A stretch of DNA of 64,000 nucleotides from Squalus acanthias. Its lineage: Eukaryota. The translations under genes and the position numbers were made by a program. The notes beneath the pieces were generated by a model. The model was given only the letters and a program-made list of their open reading frames with translations, was not told the DNA's origin and made no database searches. The stretch is taken from NCBI GenBank assembly GCA_030390025.1, contig JASTWF010000036.1:3102001-3166000 (forward strand), read 5' to 3'. The stretch's first letter is position 1. Every line of letters begins with the position of its first letter. Positions 1-11,846 of the stretch are shown one piece after another.

Positions 1-868
1 CCTTGTTCTGCATTCTCCTTTCTTGTGGCCAAGGAGCACCAGAATGATGTCACTAGGTGCCCACGCCATATCCTTGATCTTGCCCATTCTACCCTCTGTT
101 AAAAAAAAAAGAACTCAATCATTTACACAAAAAAATAAATCGCTGGGAAGCAAAAACTGAGCTGACGCCCACTACCCACCACCCACCACCCACCCAAGGC
201 TGAAAACAGCAGCTTTTGCCAGGGCAGGCTGCCCATCCACAAGATGCCCCAAGACAGTGCAGAACCTTTAAAAAGGCAGCATGGTCAGCGAGTGAAAACG
301 TATTGCAGTGTTTTGCCACGGTCACGCAATGGGCAGAAAACGCAGATTTATCTTCTGGTGGAGATCTTTTCTCCTCATGTGAACAACTCCTTGTTGGAAT
401 GGCTACAGAGAGCGAGGTTATCCAGCATCCATCTGGAAAGTGAACCCACAATCTCTGAGCCGACATCTGCGAGATAAAAACTAGTCATCGCCAACTCAAA
501 GTCATCTACAAAATATTATGTGGACACATAGGGTAGTGGAAATCTGGAACTCTCTCCCCCAAAAGGCTATGGACGCGGGGGGACAATTGCAGCTTTCGTG
601 ACTGAGATCGATCGATTTTTGTTGGGAAAGGGTATCAAGGGATAGGGAGCAAAGTTGGGTAAATGGAGTTAAGATACAGATCAGCCATGATCTAATTTAA
701 TGGTGGAACAGGCTCGAGGGGCTAAATGGCCGCCTCCTGTTCCTACGGTCCCATGTTCCGATGGAAAATCAAAAATTAAAATTGCATTCCATAATCGGAT
801 GGAAAAATATTTGTTTCAATGAACAGAAAATTGCAAGCAGCCATTTTGCAATAGGTGCTGGTTGGAAG

Positions 869-1110
869 TAGGGTGGCCAACCTTCCAGGGTAGCCCTGGA
901 GTTTCCAGGAATTAAAGATTAATCTTCTACACACTGCGGAAAAATGACTTCAGGCAATTTAAAAAAAATAAAATTGCCTTTGTCATTTTCTTTGAACACT
1001 TAAATATTGGAGATGGGTAAAAGGGTTGTTTGACCGGGCCGGATGATTGGAGGCGGGAGGTCATGTGATGAAACCTCCAGGAATATGTCCAACCAGAGTT
1101 GGCGACCCTA
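869..1110. mobile_element. hAT (Blackjack-like) non-autonomous element
   Basis: TIRs TAGGGTGGCCAAC / GTTGGCGACCCTA; 8-bp TSD gttggaag / gctggatg (6/8 match). Confidence 0.75.
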
Positions 1111-1608
1111 GCTGGATGTGAGGCCTCAGCAACCTCTGAAAAATTTTACCCTGGTAGAAATTGGACAATGAAAAACAAACACGATACACACTTCAACAGG
1201 GCCTTCAGATTGCATCATGGGATAATTGTGTACAAATTCTCAAAGCATTTGGTCAAACTCCTCACACCACTATTTCCTACACTTCAAAAAGTACTTCATT
1301 GGCTGTAAAGCACTTTGAGACGTCCTGAGGTCGTGAAAGGCGCTATAGAAATGCAAGTTCTTTCTTAGCAGGGGTGTCAAGCCATTTAAAATGCGTAGCG
1401 CATTTGTACACAAGTATCCCGTGATGCATTTTCAGAGCCTGGATCAAGTGTGCCTCGTGTCTGTATCGCATCGCTCCCCCACCACGCCCCCAAAAAAGGG
1501 GGGGGGGCGCTAAATTTAAAAGGAATTTGGTGGGTAAAAAGGGATTGGGAGGCAAGTCCCGATATCGGCTCGCGACATATTCAGATATCACAAGTCCGCA
1601 GCTCTTAC

Positions 1609-1796
1609 CTTCAAAGAACCTTTTAAGACGAAGGCAGCTGACACTGAGACGCAGGACAGACAGCTTGTCCAATCTCCCAGCAATGTCATCGGAGGTCGGA
1701 AGGAGACTCAGCAGGCTGTCGAACTCCAAGTTGAGCCGGTCGCGGTGCCGTTTGGAAGGGTTGGATTTGGCGGCATTCCCAGCTGCCTGCTCGGTG
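1609..1796 (-). CDS. AHR: AHR-family bHLH-PAS gene, coding exon 2 (bHLH): (S)[62 protein letters not shown](G)
   Basis: AHR/AHRR signatures [13 protein letters not shown] and [12 protein letters not shown]. Polypyrimidine tract then ccag acceptor (AG at 1798-1797); donor G|gtaag (GT at 1608-1607). The exon is 188 bp with nine codons before KSNPSK, the same spacing as mammalian AHR exon 2. Confidence 0.93.
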
Positions 1797-2380
1797 CTGG
1801 GTTTGGCAAGAAAAGAACAAGAGGAGATTCAGGCTAGATTCACCAGTAGCACGAACAAAAAGTACCGATTTGGAGGCAACTAATTGCAGCGGTATCGCGC
1901 TCAATAAACCCAGAGAGCGGATCCGGTGAAAGGACACCATGGTGATAGCCGACCCCTCATCAATTGGCCAATTATTTTGATATTACCTATTGCGAACACG
2001 CCTTGTCATGACCCCAAGTGCTGGATTAGACACCGGATTGAGTTCAGTAGTATTTAGCATCATTTAGTAAAATGGAGGGGCCCCAAACCTAAGCTATTAT
2101 ATGTCCCAAAAGCCTCCTCCCTCAGGAACTTGTCAAATCCCTTCTTAAAGTACTGGAGGCTTCTCATACTTACCACAACAGGCAGGGCATTTACCAACTA
2201 AGTCATATCTCGCAAGATCATGACGGGTGAGGAAGGCCATTCGGCCCAACTTAGTTCATCCATCAATGAGTAAAAGGAACAGTTTTGTTTGCCACTGTAG
2301 AGCCATAAAGGTTTACAGCACATGAAGAGAACATTTGGTCCATCATGTCTGTGCCAACACCTTTGCTAGAGCACTTCAAG

Positions 2381-4373
2381 ACTAATCCCACTGCCCCGCC
2401 CTCTCCCCATAGCCCTGAATCAATCCCAAACTAATCCCACTGCCCCGCCCTCTCCCCATAGCCCTGTATCAATCCCAAACTAATCCCACTGCCCCACTCT
2501 CCCCATAGCCCTGTATCAATCCCAAACTAATCCCACTGCCCCACTCTCCCCATAGCCCTGTATCAATCCCAAACTAATCCCACTGCCCCACTCTCCCCAT
2601 AGCCCTGAATCAATCCCAAACTAATCCCACTGCCCCGCTCTCTCCCCATAGCCCTGAATCAATCCCAAACTAATCCCACTGCCCCGCTCTCTCCCCATAG
2701 TCCTGTATCAATCACAAACTAATCCCACTGCCCCACTCTCTCCCCATAGCCGATCCTTCATCATCGCTGGGTCATAATCCTGGAACTCCTTACCTAACAG
2801 CACTGTGGGAGTACCATCACCACACGGACTGCAGCGGTTCAAGAAGGTGGCTCACCACCACCTTCTCGAGGGCAACTAGGGATGGGCAATAAATGCTGGC
2901 CTTGCCAGCAACGCCCACATCCCATAAACAAATTAAAAAAAACTAATCCCACTGCTCCGCTCTCTCCCCATAGCCCTGTATCAACCCAAACTAATCCCAC
3001 TGCCCCGCCCTCTCCCCACAGCCCTGTATCAATCCCCAAACTAATCCCACTGCCCCGCTCTCTCCCCATAGCCCTGTATCATTCCCCAAACTAATCCACT
3101 GCCCCGCTCTCTCCTCATAGCCCTGTATCAATCCCAAACTAATCCCACTGCCCCGCTCTCTCCCAATAGCCCTGTATCAATCCCCAAACTAATCCACTGC
3201 CCCGCTCTCTCCTCATAGCCCTGTATCAATCCCAAACTAATCCCACTGCCCCGCTCTCTCCATAGCCCTGTATAAATCCCAAACTAATCCCATAGCCCTG
3301 TATCAGTCCCAAACTAATCCCACTGCCCCGCTCTCTCCCCATAGCCCTGTATCAATCCCAAACTAATCCCACTGCCCCGCTCTCTCCCCACAGCCCTGTA
3401 TCAATCCCCAAACTAATCCCACTGCCCCGCTCTCTCCCCATAGCCCTGTATCATTCCCCAAACTAATCCACTGCCCCGCTCTCTCCTCATAGCCCTGTAT
3501 CAATCCCAAACTAATCCCACTGCCCCGCTCTCTCCTCATAGCCCTGTATCAATCCCAAACTAATCCCACTGCCCCGCTCTCTCCCCATAGCCCTGTATCA
3601 ATCACAAACTAATCCCACTGCCCCGCTCTCTCCCCATAGCCCTGTATCAATCCCAAACTAATCCCACTGCCCCACTCTCTCCCCATAGCCCTGTATCAAT
3701 CCCAAACTAATCCCACTGCCCCGCTCTCTCCCCATAGCCCTGTATCAATCCCCAAACTAATCCCACTGCCCCGCTCTCTCTCCATATCCCTGTATCAATC
3801 CCAAACTAATCCCACTGCCCCGCTCTCTCCCCATAGCCCTGTATCAATCCCAAACTAATCCCACTGCCCCGCTCTCTCCCCATAGCCCTGTATCAATCGC
3901 AAACTAATCCCACTGCCCCGCTCTCTCCCCATAGCCCTGTATCAATCCCAAACTAATCCTACTGCCCCGCTCTCTCCCCATAGCCCTGTATCAATCCCAA
4001 ACTAATCCCACTGCCCCGCTCTCTCCCCATAGCCCTGTATCAATCCCAAACTAATCCCACTGCCCCGCTCTCTCCCCATAGCCCTGTATCAATCCCCAAA
4101 CTAATCCCACCGCCCCGCTCTCACCCCATAGCCCTGTATCAATCTCAAACTAATCCCACTGCCCCGCTCCCACCCCATAGCCCTGTATCAATCCCCAAAC
4201 TAATCCCACTGCCCCGCTCTCTCCCCATAGTCCTGTATCAATCCCCAAACTAATCCCACTGCCCCGCTCTCTCCCCATAGCCCTGTATCAATCCCAAACT
4301 AATCCCACTGCCCCGCTCTCTCCCCATAGCCCTGTATCAATCCCAAACTAATCCCACTGCCCCGCTCTCTCCC
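2381..4373. repeat. About 49-bp minisatellite (aaactaatcccactgccccgctctctccccatagccctgtatcaatccc)n derived from a CR1 3' end, interrupted at ~2750-2941 by a LINE 3' fragment
   Basis: More than 30 tandem units of 47-50 bp. The core is the reverse complement of the CR1 3' sequence at 8503-8538. Confidence 0.95.
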
Positions 4374-5129
4374 TTGTTGATGAGACGAATACTGAGATTT
4401 GCCAAGAGAGAATTGGCTGAGATCAAACCTTAACACAATCTACTGGAATTGAAAATGGTAAAATCCCAGCACAACCAAAGAAAAATTTAAATATGAAGAC
4501 AGGAAAATTTTAAAATTGGAAACAAGATAAATCACAAGGAAGTGATGGTCTTGTTAGAAAGTGCAGTATCTGGGCTAGTGATTTCAAAATCAGGACTCAT
4601 TCTTCTACACATAATGATCCAAAGCTGGGAAAAAGAATTAGAACAAAAAGTCAAGTGTTTCTTTATCTTGTACAACAAAAGTAATTCCAATAGAATGCTT
4701 TGTAAAAAAAAAAATCCCTATCTGGCTGGAATCCTATCACTAATTCAGGGAAAAAACCAATTTATTTTGTCATTTAAACAGCAAGGCAGTTTCTTTATAG
4801 ACAAGGAGGACTTTGATGTTTTTTCTGTCATGATGGGGGCGCAGACTGCTCCAAGTGCCAAACGGCCCCAATTCTAACTAACAACCATACCCCGCCCCCG
4901 AGCCCACCTCCCCAAACCACAACACGTTTCAGAAACGACTCCCACTTTCCAGTGTAGGAAGCACAATCAGACATTGACGTGGCTGCTTAATATTCCTTTG
5001 CACCTGCACCGGCCTTGAAAAGAAAAACAAGACTGTGCCCATAATGCAAGGGAGCAGCAAGACATGTGGCATCAAGGTGGGTTTTAACCGAGTCACAGAG
5101 TTCTTTTTCCCCCTCCTCTCCTCATTTTT

Positions 5130-5990
5130 TAAAAATTTGTTTTATGGGATGTGTGCGTCACTGGCAAGGCCAGCATTTGTTGCCCATCCCTAATTGCCCT
5201 TGAGAAGGTGATGGTGAGCCGCCTTCTTGAACCGCTGCAGTCCGTGTGGTGAAGGTACTCCCACAGTGCTGTTAGGGAGGGAATTCCAGGATTTTGACCC
5301 AGTGACGATGAAGGAACGGCGATATATTTCCAAGTCAGGATGGTGTGCAACTTGGAGGGGAACTTGGAGGTGGTGGTGTTCCCATGCGCCTGCTGCCCTT
5401 GTCCTTCTAGGTGGTAGAGGTCGCTGGTTTGGGAGCTGCTGCCGAAGAAGCCTTGACGAGTTGCTGCAGTGCATCTTGTAGATGGTACACACTGCAGCCA
5501 CGGTACGCTGGTGGTGGAGGGAGTTAATGTTTAAGGTGGTGGATGAGGTGCCAATCAAGCGGGCTGCTTTGTCCTGGATGGTGTCGAGCTTCTTGAGTGT
5601 TGTTGGAGCTGCACTCATCCAGGCAAGCGGAGAGTATTCCATCACACTCCTGACTTGTGCCTTGTAGATGGTGGAAAGGCTTTGGGGAGTAATGAGGTGA
5701 GACACTCGCTGCAGAATACCTAGCCTCTGACCTGCTCTTGTTGCCACAGTATTTATGTGGCTGGTCCAGTTAAGTTTCTTGTCAATGGTGACCCCCAGAA
5801 TGTTGATGGTTGGGGATTCGGCGATGGTAATGCTGTTGAATGTCAAGGGGCGGTGGTTAGACTCTCGCTTGTTGGAGATAGTCATTGCCTGGCACTTGTG
5901 TGGCGCGAATGTTACCTGCCACTTATCAGCCCAAGCCTGAACGTCGACCAGGTCTTGCTGCATGCGGGCACGGACTGCTTCATTATCTCA
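5130..5990 (-). mobile_element. 5'-truncated non-LTR retrotransposon (CR1/L2 group; same family as 11847-14620)
   Basis: ORF 5190-5963 encodes the RT C-terminus ending KKAAHHHLLKGN; shared 3' tail and poly(A). Confidence 0.9.
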
Positions 5991-6982
5991 TCGCGTAGAC
6001 TCCTTGCTGGGGCACGGCTCCATTAGCTCCAGTTACCAAGCTTCACGTGTGGGCTTTGATAGTGAGCCTTACGTTGAATTGCATAGAAATTACAACATGG
6101 AAACAGGTCGTTCGGCCCATCCAGCCCGTGTCGGTTTTTATCCTCCACATGAGCAGTAGCCCCGCCCTGTTCCCAGATCCCTTTCTTCTCTTCACCTTCA
6201 GCCACCTATCGAACCTTCTCTTAAAAGTAGACATGGACCCCGCTTCAATCACTACAAAAATTCTCAAAAGGGAGTTACAGCAGTGCCCAGACAGGAGAAA
6301 CATCTTCAAACAGAGAGTGGCGAGAATGTGGAACTCGCTACCACAGGGAGTGGTTGAGGCAAATAGCAGAGATGCATTTAAGGGGAAGCGAGATAAACAC
6401 ATGAGGGAGAAAGGAATAGGAGGATATGTTAGATGAGGAAGGGTGGGAGGAGGTTCGTGTGAAGCGTGGACCAGTTGGGCTGAATGGGGACCTGTTTCTG
6501 TGCTGCAAATACTTTATAACTTTGAGTCTTGAGGTAGTGCCGGAAAACTCTTTGGCTCCACTTCGGTGCAACCTCAAGACTCCCGCTTGAACACCGAGTC
6601 GGACTCTCCGAGAATCACGAGTGTTTGACAACACTGGACTTGTCCAAGGCCCCAGCAGCACACGAATCATCATGTTCCAAAGAGTATTTGAATATGTTTA
6701 TACATTTCTCCCCTTTTCCCTATAATCTTCAACTCAATTCACAAGATATTTCTCCCACTCATTTTTAATGGCGACCGTGACCACAGGACTTATCAATGCT
6801 TCAGAGAGGTAGGTCCTGAGGCTAATATTTGAAATATTTTTATTTTTTTTAAAACTCTCACAAGAACTGAGTGACATTCCAGAATTCTTAAACAGCTGTA
6901 CTCAGGCTGTTTAACGTACTGTTACCAATTTAGTTATTATGTGATATATTTCTCGTGTGATATTCTTAATTCATCACCTTAA

Positions 6983-7410
6983 GTGTCAGCCGTGGCTCAG
7001 TGAGTGGCACCCTTGCCACTGAGTCAGAAGGTCGTGGGTTCAAGTCCCACTCCAGAGACTTGAGTGCAAAAATCTAGGCTGACACTCCCAGTGCAGTACT
7101 GAGGGAGTGCTGCACTGTCAGAGGTGCCGTCTTTCAGATGAGACATGAAACATGCTCTCTCAGGAGGATCTAAAAAGGAGGAGCTGGGGAGTTCTCCCCG
7201 GTGTCCTTGCCAATATTTATTCCTCAACCAACACCTAAAACAGATTATCTGGTCATTATCACATTGCTGTTTGTGGGAGCTTGCTGTGCGCAAATTGGCT
7301 GCCGTTTTTCCGACATTACTTAAGTGACTACAATTCAAAAAGTACTTCATTGGCTGTAAAGCGCTTTGGGACATCCTGAGATCGTGAAAGGCGCGACAGA
7401 AATACAACTC
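6983..7410 (+). mobile_element. tRNA-headed DeuSINE (SacSINE1-like)
   Basis: A box tggctcagtg, B box ggttcaagtcc, Deu-domain text (ggtgccgtctttcagatgag...) and L2-like tail. Confidence 0.85.
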
Positions 7411-8244
7411 TTTCGTTTCTTATCCCAAAGCGCTTTACAACTAATGAATTACTTTACGATCAGCCATGATCTTATTGAATAGGCTCAAGGGGCCGTACAG
7501 CCTACTCCTGCTCCTAATTCTTATGTTCTTATGAAGTCACTGTTCTTAAGTAGCCAAACATGACAGCCATTTTGCACATAGCAAGGTGCCACAAACAGCC
7601 AATAAATGAATGAGCAGATAATCTGATTTTGCTGGTGTTGGTTAAGGGAAGAGGAGCTTAGCGAGTTTCTGCAGTTCGGAGATCCTGGGAATAAGTGAGT
7701 TGGAGTGGGAGACTTTACTAGTTTGGATTTCACTACAGTGAGGGTACAGGGCAGGTGGAAGTGTCTTTGGGGCTGGACTTTGAACCAGCATGCCAGAGTA
7801 ACAAGGCAGCGCTGCAACTAACTGACTGCCCAATCTCTGTAACTAAACTATGGAACCATATTAAATGACGGATGATGAGCAGAACCAGTTACAAAGCAAC
7901 AGGCTCACAAATTGTGCGTGGATACAAACTCACATCCACTGTGGACCGGAGCGTTAGATTTTCCCCAATGATAGCAAACAGCCACCACAACTGTCTCGAA
8001 AGCCATCTTTCAGGAGGTGACGGTGTTTAAACGTTTGATGTGGTTTGAATTATGCTCACTTTCCAGGAGCTTGAAACTTCACCTTTTCTGTTAACAGGAA
8101 GACATATGCTGAGCCGAGAGAGGAAATGATTTTTTTTCAGTTCCTAGTCACGTAATAGAAATACTCGTGTTCTGGGCATTTACCTAAAGTAGAGATGACT
8201 GTCCCATTTCTCCCCCAATCAGCAGCATTTAGAAAAAAAAACAT

Positions 8245-8612
8245 TCAATAGAGGTCTTCAAAATTATGAAGGGTTTTGATGGAGTAAATAAGGAGAAAGT
8301 GTTTCCAGTGGCAGGAAGGTCGGTAGCCAGAGGACACAGATTTAAGATAATTGGCAGAAGAACCAAAGGAGAGATGAGGAGAATTTTTTTTATGCAGCGA
8401 GTTGTTGTGATCTGGAATGCACTGCCTGAAAGGGCGGTGGAAGCAGATTCAATAGTAACTTTCAAAAGGGAATTGGATAAATACTTGGAAAGGAAAAATT
8501 TGCAGGGCTATGGGGAAAGAGCGGGGGAGTGGGACTAACTGGAGAGCTCTTTCAAAGAGCCGGCACAGGCACGATGGGCCGAATGGTCTCCTCCTGTGCT
8601 GTATGATTCTAT
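8245..8612 (+). mobile_element. CR1 LINE 3' fragment
   Basis: ORF ...FFMQRVVVIWNALP...GYGERAGEWD followed by a CR1 3' UTR. Confidence 0.85.
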
Positions 8613-8821
8613 ATGCATCCACATGCAGCCCAGTCCCACACCAACGTGGTTGGCTCTTAGCTGCCCTCTGATGTGATCTAGCAAGTTGTATAAAACCGCG
8701 ATAAAGAATAATAGAAGGCCCACCACCTAGTCATTCCAACGAGGGATGAGCAATAAATACCGGCCCAGGGTCAGTGATGTTCACATCCTGAGAAAGGTTC
8801 TTAATATTTTTTTAAATTCAA

Positions 8822-9427
8822 AGAATTAGGAGCAGGAGTCGGCCACGCAGCCCCTCGAGCCTGCTCCGCCATTCAATAAGATCATGGCTGATCATCCACC
8901 TCAACTCCACTTTCCCGCCCGATCTCCATATCCCTTGATTCCCCTAGAGTCCAAAAATCGATCGATCTCAGCCTTGAATATACTCAACGACTGAGCCGCC
9001 ACAGCCCTCTGGGTAGAGAATTCCAAAGATTCACCACCCTCCGAGTGAAGAAATTCCTCCTCATCTCAGTCTTAAATGGCCGACCCCTTATCCTGAGACT
9101 ATGCCCCCTAGTTCTGGACTCTCCAGCCAGGGGAAACAGCCTCTCAGCATCTACCCTGTCAATCCCACTCAGAATTTTGTATGTTTCAATGAGATCACCT
9201 CTCATTCTTCTAAACGCCAGAGAGTATAGGTCCATTCTACACACTCTCTCATCATAGGACAGCCCTCTCATCCCAGGAATCAATCTAGTGAACCTTCGTT
9301 GCACCCCCTCCAAGGCAAGTATATCTTTCCTTAGATAAGACGACCAAAACTGTGCACAGTACTCCAGGTGTGGTCTCACCAAGGCCCTATACAATTGTAG
9401 CAAGACTTCCTTACTCTTATACTCCAA
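8822..9427 (-). mobile_element. CR1 LINE 3' fragment
   Basis: ORF 8984-9427 LYRALVRPHLEYCAQFW... typical of the CR1 ORF2 C-terminus. Confidence 0.9.
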
Positions 9428-9437
9428 GTTACTATTT

Positions 9438-9965
9438 TGTCAGCGGTGGCTCGGTGAGTAACACTCTCGCCGCTGAGCCAAAAGGGTGTGGGTTCAAGTC
9501 CCACTCCAGAGACTTGAGCATACAGTCCAGTGCAGTACTGCACTGTTGGAGATGCCGTCTTTCAGATGAGACATTAAACCGAGGCCCTGTCTGCTCTCAG
9601 GTGGACCTAAGAGATTCTATGGCACTATTTGACTACTTCACCTGAGGAAGGGGCGATCGATAGCTCCGAAAACTTGTGATTTCAAATAAAACTGTTGGAC
9701 TATAACCTGGTGTTGTGCGACCTCTCACTATTTGAAGAGCAGGGGAGTTCTCCTGGCCAATATTTATCCCTCAATCAACATCACTAAAAAACAGATTATC
9801 TGGTTATTACCACATTGCTGTTTGTGGGAGCTTGCTGTGCGCAAATTGGCTGCTGTGTTTCCTACAGTACAACAGTGACTACACTTCAAAAGTACTTCAT
9901 TGGCTGTAAAACGCTTTGGGACATCCTGAGGCCGTGAAAGGTGCTACAGAAATGCAAGTTCTTTC
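9438..9965 (+). mobile_element. DeuSINE (SacSINE1-like) containing a Penelope-like insertion at 9633-9725
   Basis: SINE head, Deu domain and tail. The insert is flanked by a 10-bp duplication cactatttga (9623-9632, 9726-9735). Confidence 0.85.
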
Positions 9966-9981
9966 TTTCTTACTTCTTAAT

Positions 9982-10723
9982 GGCCCAAAAATTAGTGCCG
10001 CTATGCGAGAGTACGCACTGCGTACTCTCGCGTATTCTGTCTCCAATTGCCGGTTTTCTGCATGCACTGCGCATGCGCTGAAAACCGGCACTTGGTGAAT
10101 GGAAAAGGGGGCGGGTCCTAGGTGAACCGCGTGCGCGCTACAGGCTGCGCGCACGCTGTGCACTTAGTGGTTTCAACGCGCAGGTAAGTACGGAAGATTC
10201 TACACATAAAAAAAGGAGTAAGACCCACTTTTAACAAGGTAAGTAGTGAATTAAGTATTATTTTGAATTTTTTTTAACAGGTATATCTTTTTTAGAGACT
10301 TTAAAGATAGGTAAGTTTATTTTTATAACTTTTTAAAAGATTTTAAATTTTTTCAAAAATTTAATTTTTTATTTAAAATGGTTAATTTATTTAACTATAC
10401 TTATTTTATTAATGTGATGGTTTTTTAAAAAAATTTAATTGAGGTTTAGTGGTTCTTTTGGGGGGCTATAGTATTCATAACTTTCACAGCACTTATGTGA
10501 AAGTTATGAATGGAAGATGGTGTGCTGCCATTGGCTCTAACTGAGTCACGTGATCCCACAGCTCGCACGAATTAACTACGCCGGTGGGATACGCAAGCAC
10601 TGCACAGCAGCTGTCCAGAACATCAAGTTCGTGCGAGCTGGAACTGAAAAAGCTAACGCGGAGTGAGAGATCGCGGGGAGGCCTTACCCTCGCACGAAGG
10701 CTTCCCTCACGAATTTTTGGGCC
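9982..10723. mobile_element. PIF/Harbinger-type MITE, 742 bp
   Basis: 12-bp perfect TIR GGCCCAAAAATT / AATTTTTGGGCC; 3-bp TSD AAT; CpG-rich subterminal regions and AT-rich core. Confidence 0.75.
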
Positions 10724-11846
10724 AATGTATTAAATGTTAAGAGAGAAAGTGAAACAAAAACAGCCAGAGTGAAAAGAGGAAAAAAGGAAGGCGGGGGGGG
10801 GGTTGAGGAAAGCAGATGGGTCGTGAGGTGGGCTAGCAAGACCAGGGTTTAAATCCAGCCAAAACCAGCGCAATGAAAGTCTCCTCGCTGTATCTGCAAA
10901 TATATATCCCTTCACATATGTAAAATAAGTTTGGGCTATCTCAACCTACTTCCCAGTAGGCCCACAGTACAAAATAGTCAATTTGTGCCAAAGTGTGGGC
11001 ACTCTCACTCAGAGTGGCTGTAAAGATGGCTGTTCAGGGCACTGGAAAAAAAAATTAAAAAAATCACACCATGGCAATAGGGAGCACTGAGGCACCTTCT
11101 CCAAGTCGAGGGAGATTTACTCAGCTTCTGGCCGGGATAGCGCTGTTCCTTCTCTGGGAACACTTGATCTACTAGCTGGAATCACTTTCCAATCCAGACA
11201 CCGCACTTTAGTTGAGTAAAAATTCACCTCGGCCCCCTGTTCACCCACCCGCCCAACCCGGCCCCCAAAAACAGGCAACCTCTCCAACCTGTGAGCCAAA
11301 ATGATATGCGTCATGTCTCTAAGTATAAGTTGGGTTCGGGCCTGTCGAATCAGACACGACCACACATGTATATTTTTAAAAATCAATTTGATCTTTATTT
11401 ATGGCAGACTTCAAGTACCAGCAAAACAGCAACATGTTCCGAGCAGTAAAAGGACACTGCGCAACACTCCTGCTGTGGGGCAATCCTACCAACGTCATTA
11501 TCTCTGTTCTGGGAACTATGCCAACTGAGACTACTCTCTTCTGTGGAAGATTCACCGTAGGTCCCCGCCTGAGTGTAGACCCTCTCCCTTTATACCCTTT
11601 CTTTCACTGCTGTGGCTGTCACACCCTGTCACGGCACTGGTAAACATCAACTACTGTTGACCCAGCAAATTTCTTCCCTTTATGAAGGCTATTCAACTCT
11701 AGGAGCCTTCCCACCTCAGCATTCCTCACACAGCTCTCGGATTTATTCCCACACAGACTTTATTCCAAACTTCCCAGGCATTATTTCAAAATGCTATGGC
11801 CAAAATTATATTAATATATATTTTTAAAACTCTCACACTGTTACAA

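Noticed and set aside
1..1600. AHR exon 3
   Set aside because: No EG(E/D)xLLQ-type coding exon recognised; it probably lies outside the window.
1343..1729. ORF-track 128-aa ORF treated as a single-exon gene
   Set aside because: Only 1609-1796 is exonic; the ORF begins at an internal TTG and reads through the donor into the intron.
2381..4373. CRISPR-like periodicity
   Set aside because: Contiguous tandem units with no unique spacers, in eukaryotic DNA.
6983..7060. tRNA genes at the SINE heads (also 41565, 50731, 48364, 51830)
   Set aside because: A/B boxes are present but continue into SINE bodies; no convincing cloverleaf with a pol III terminator.
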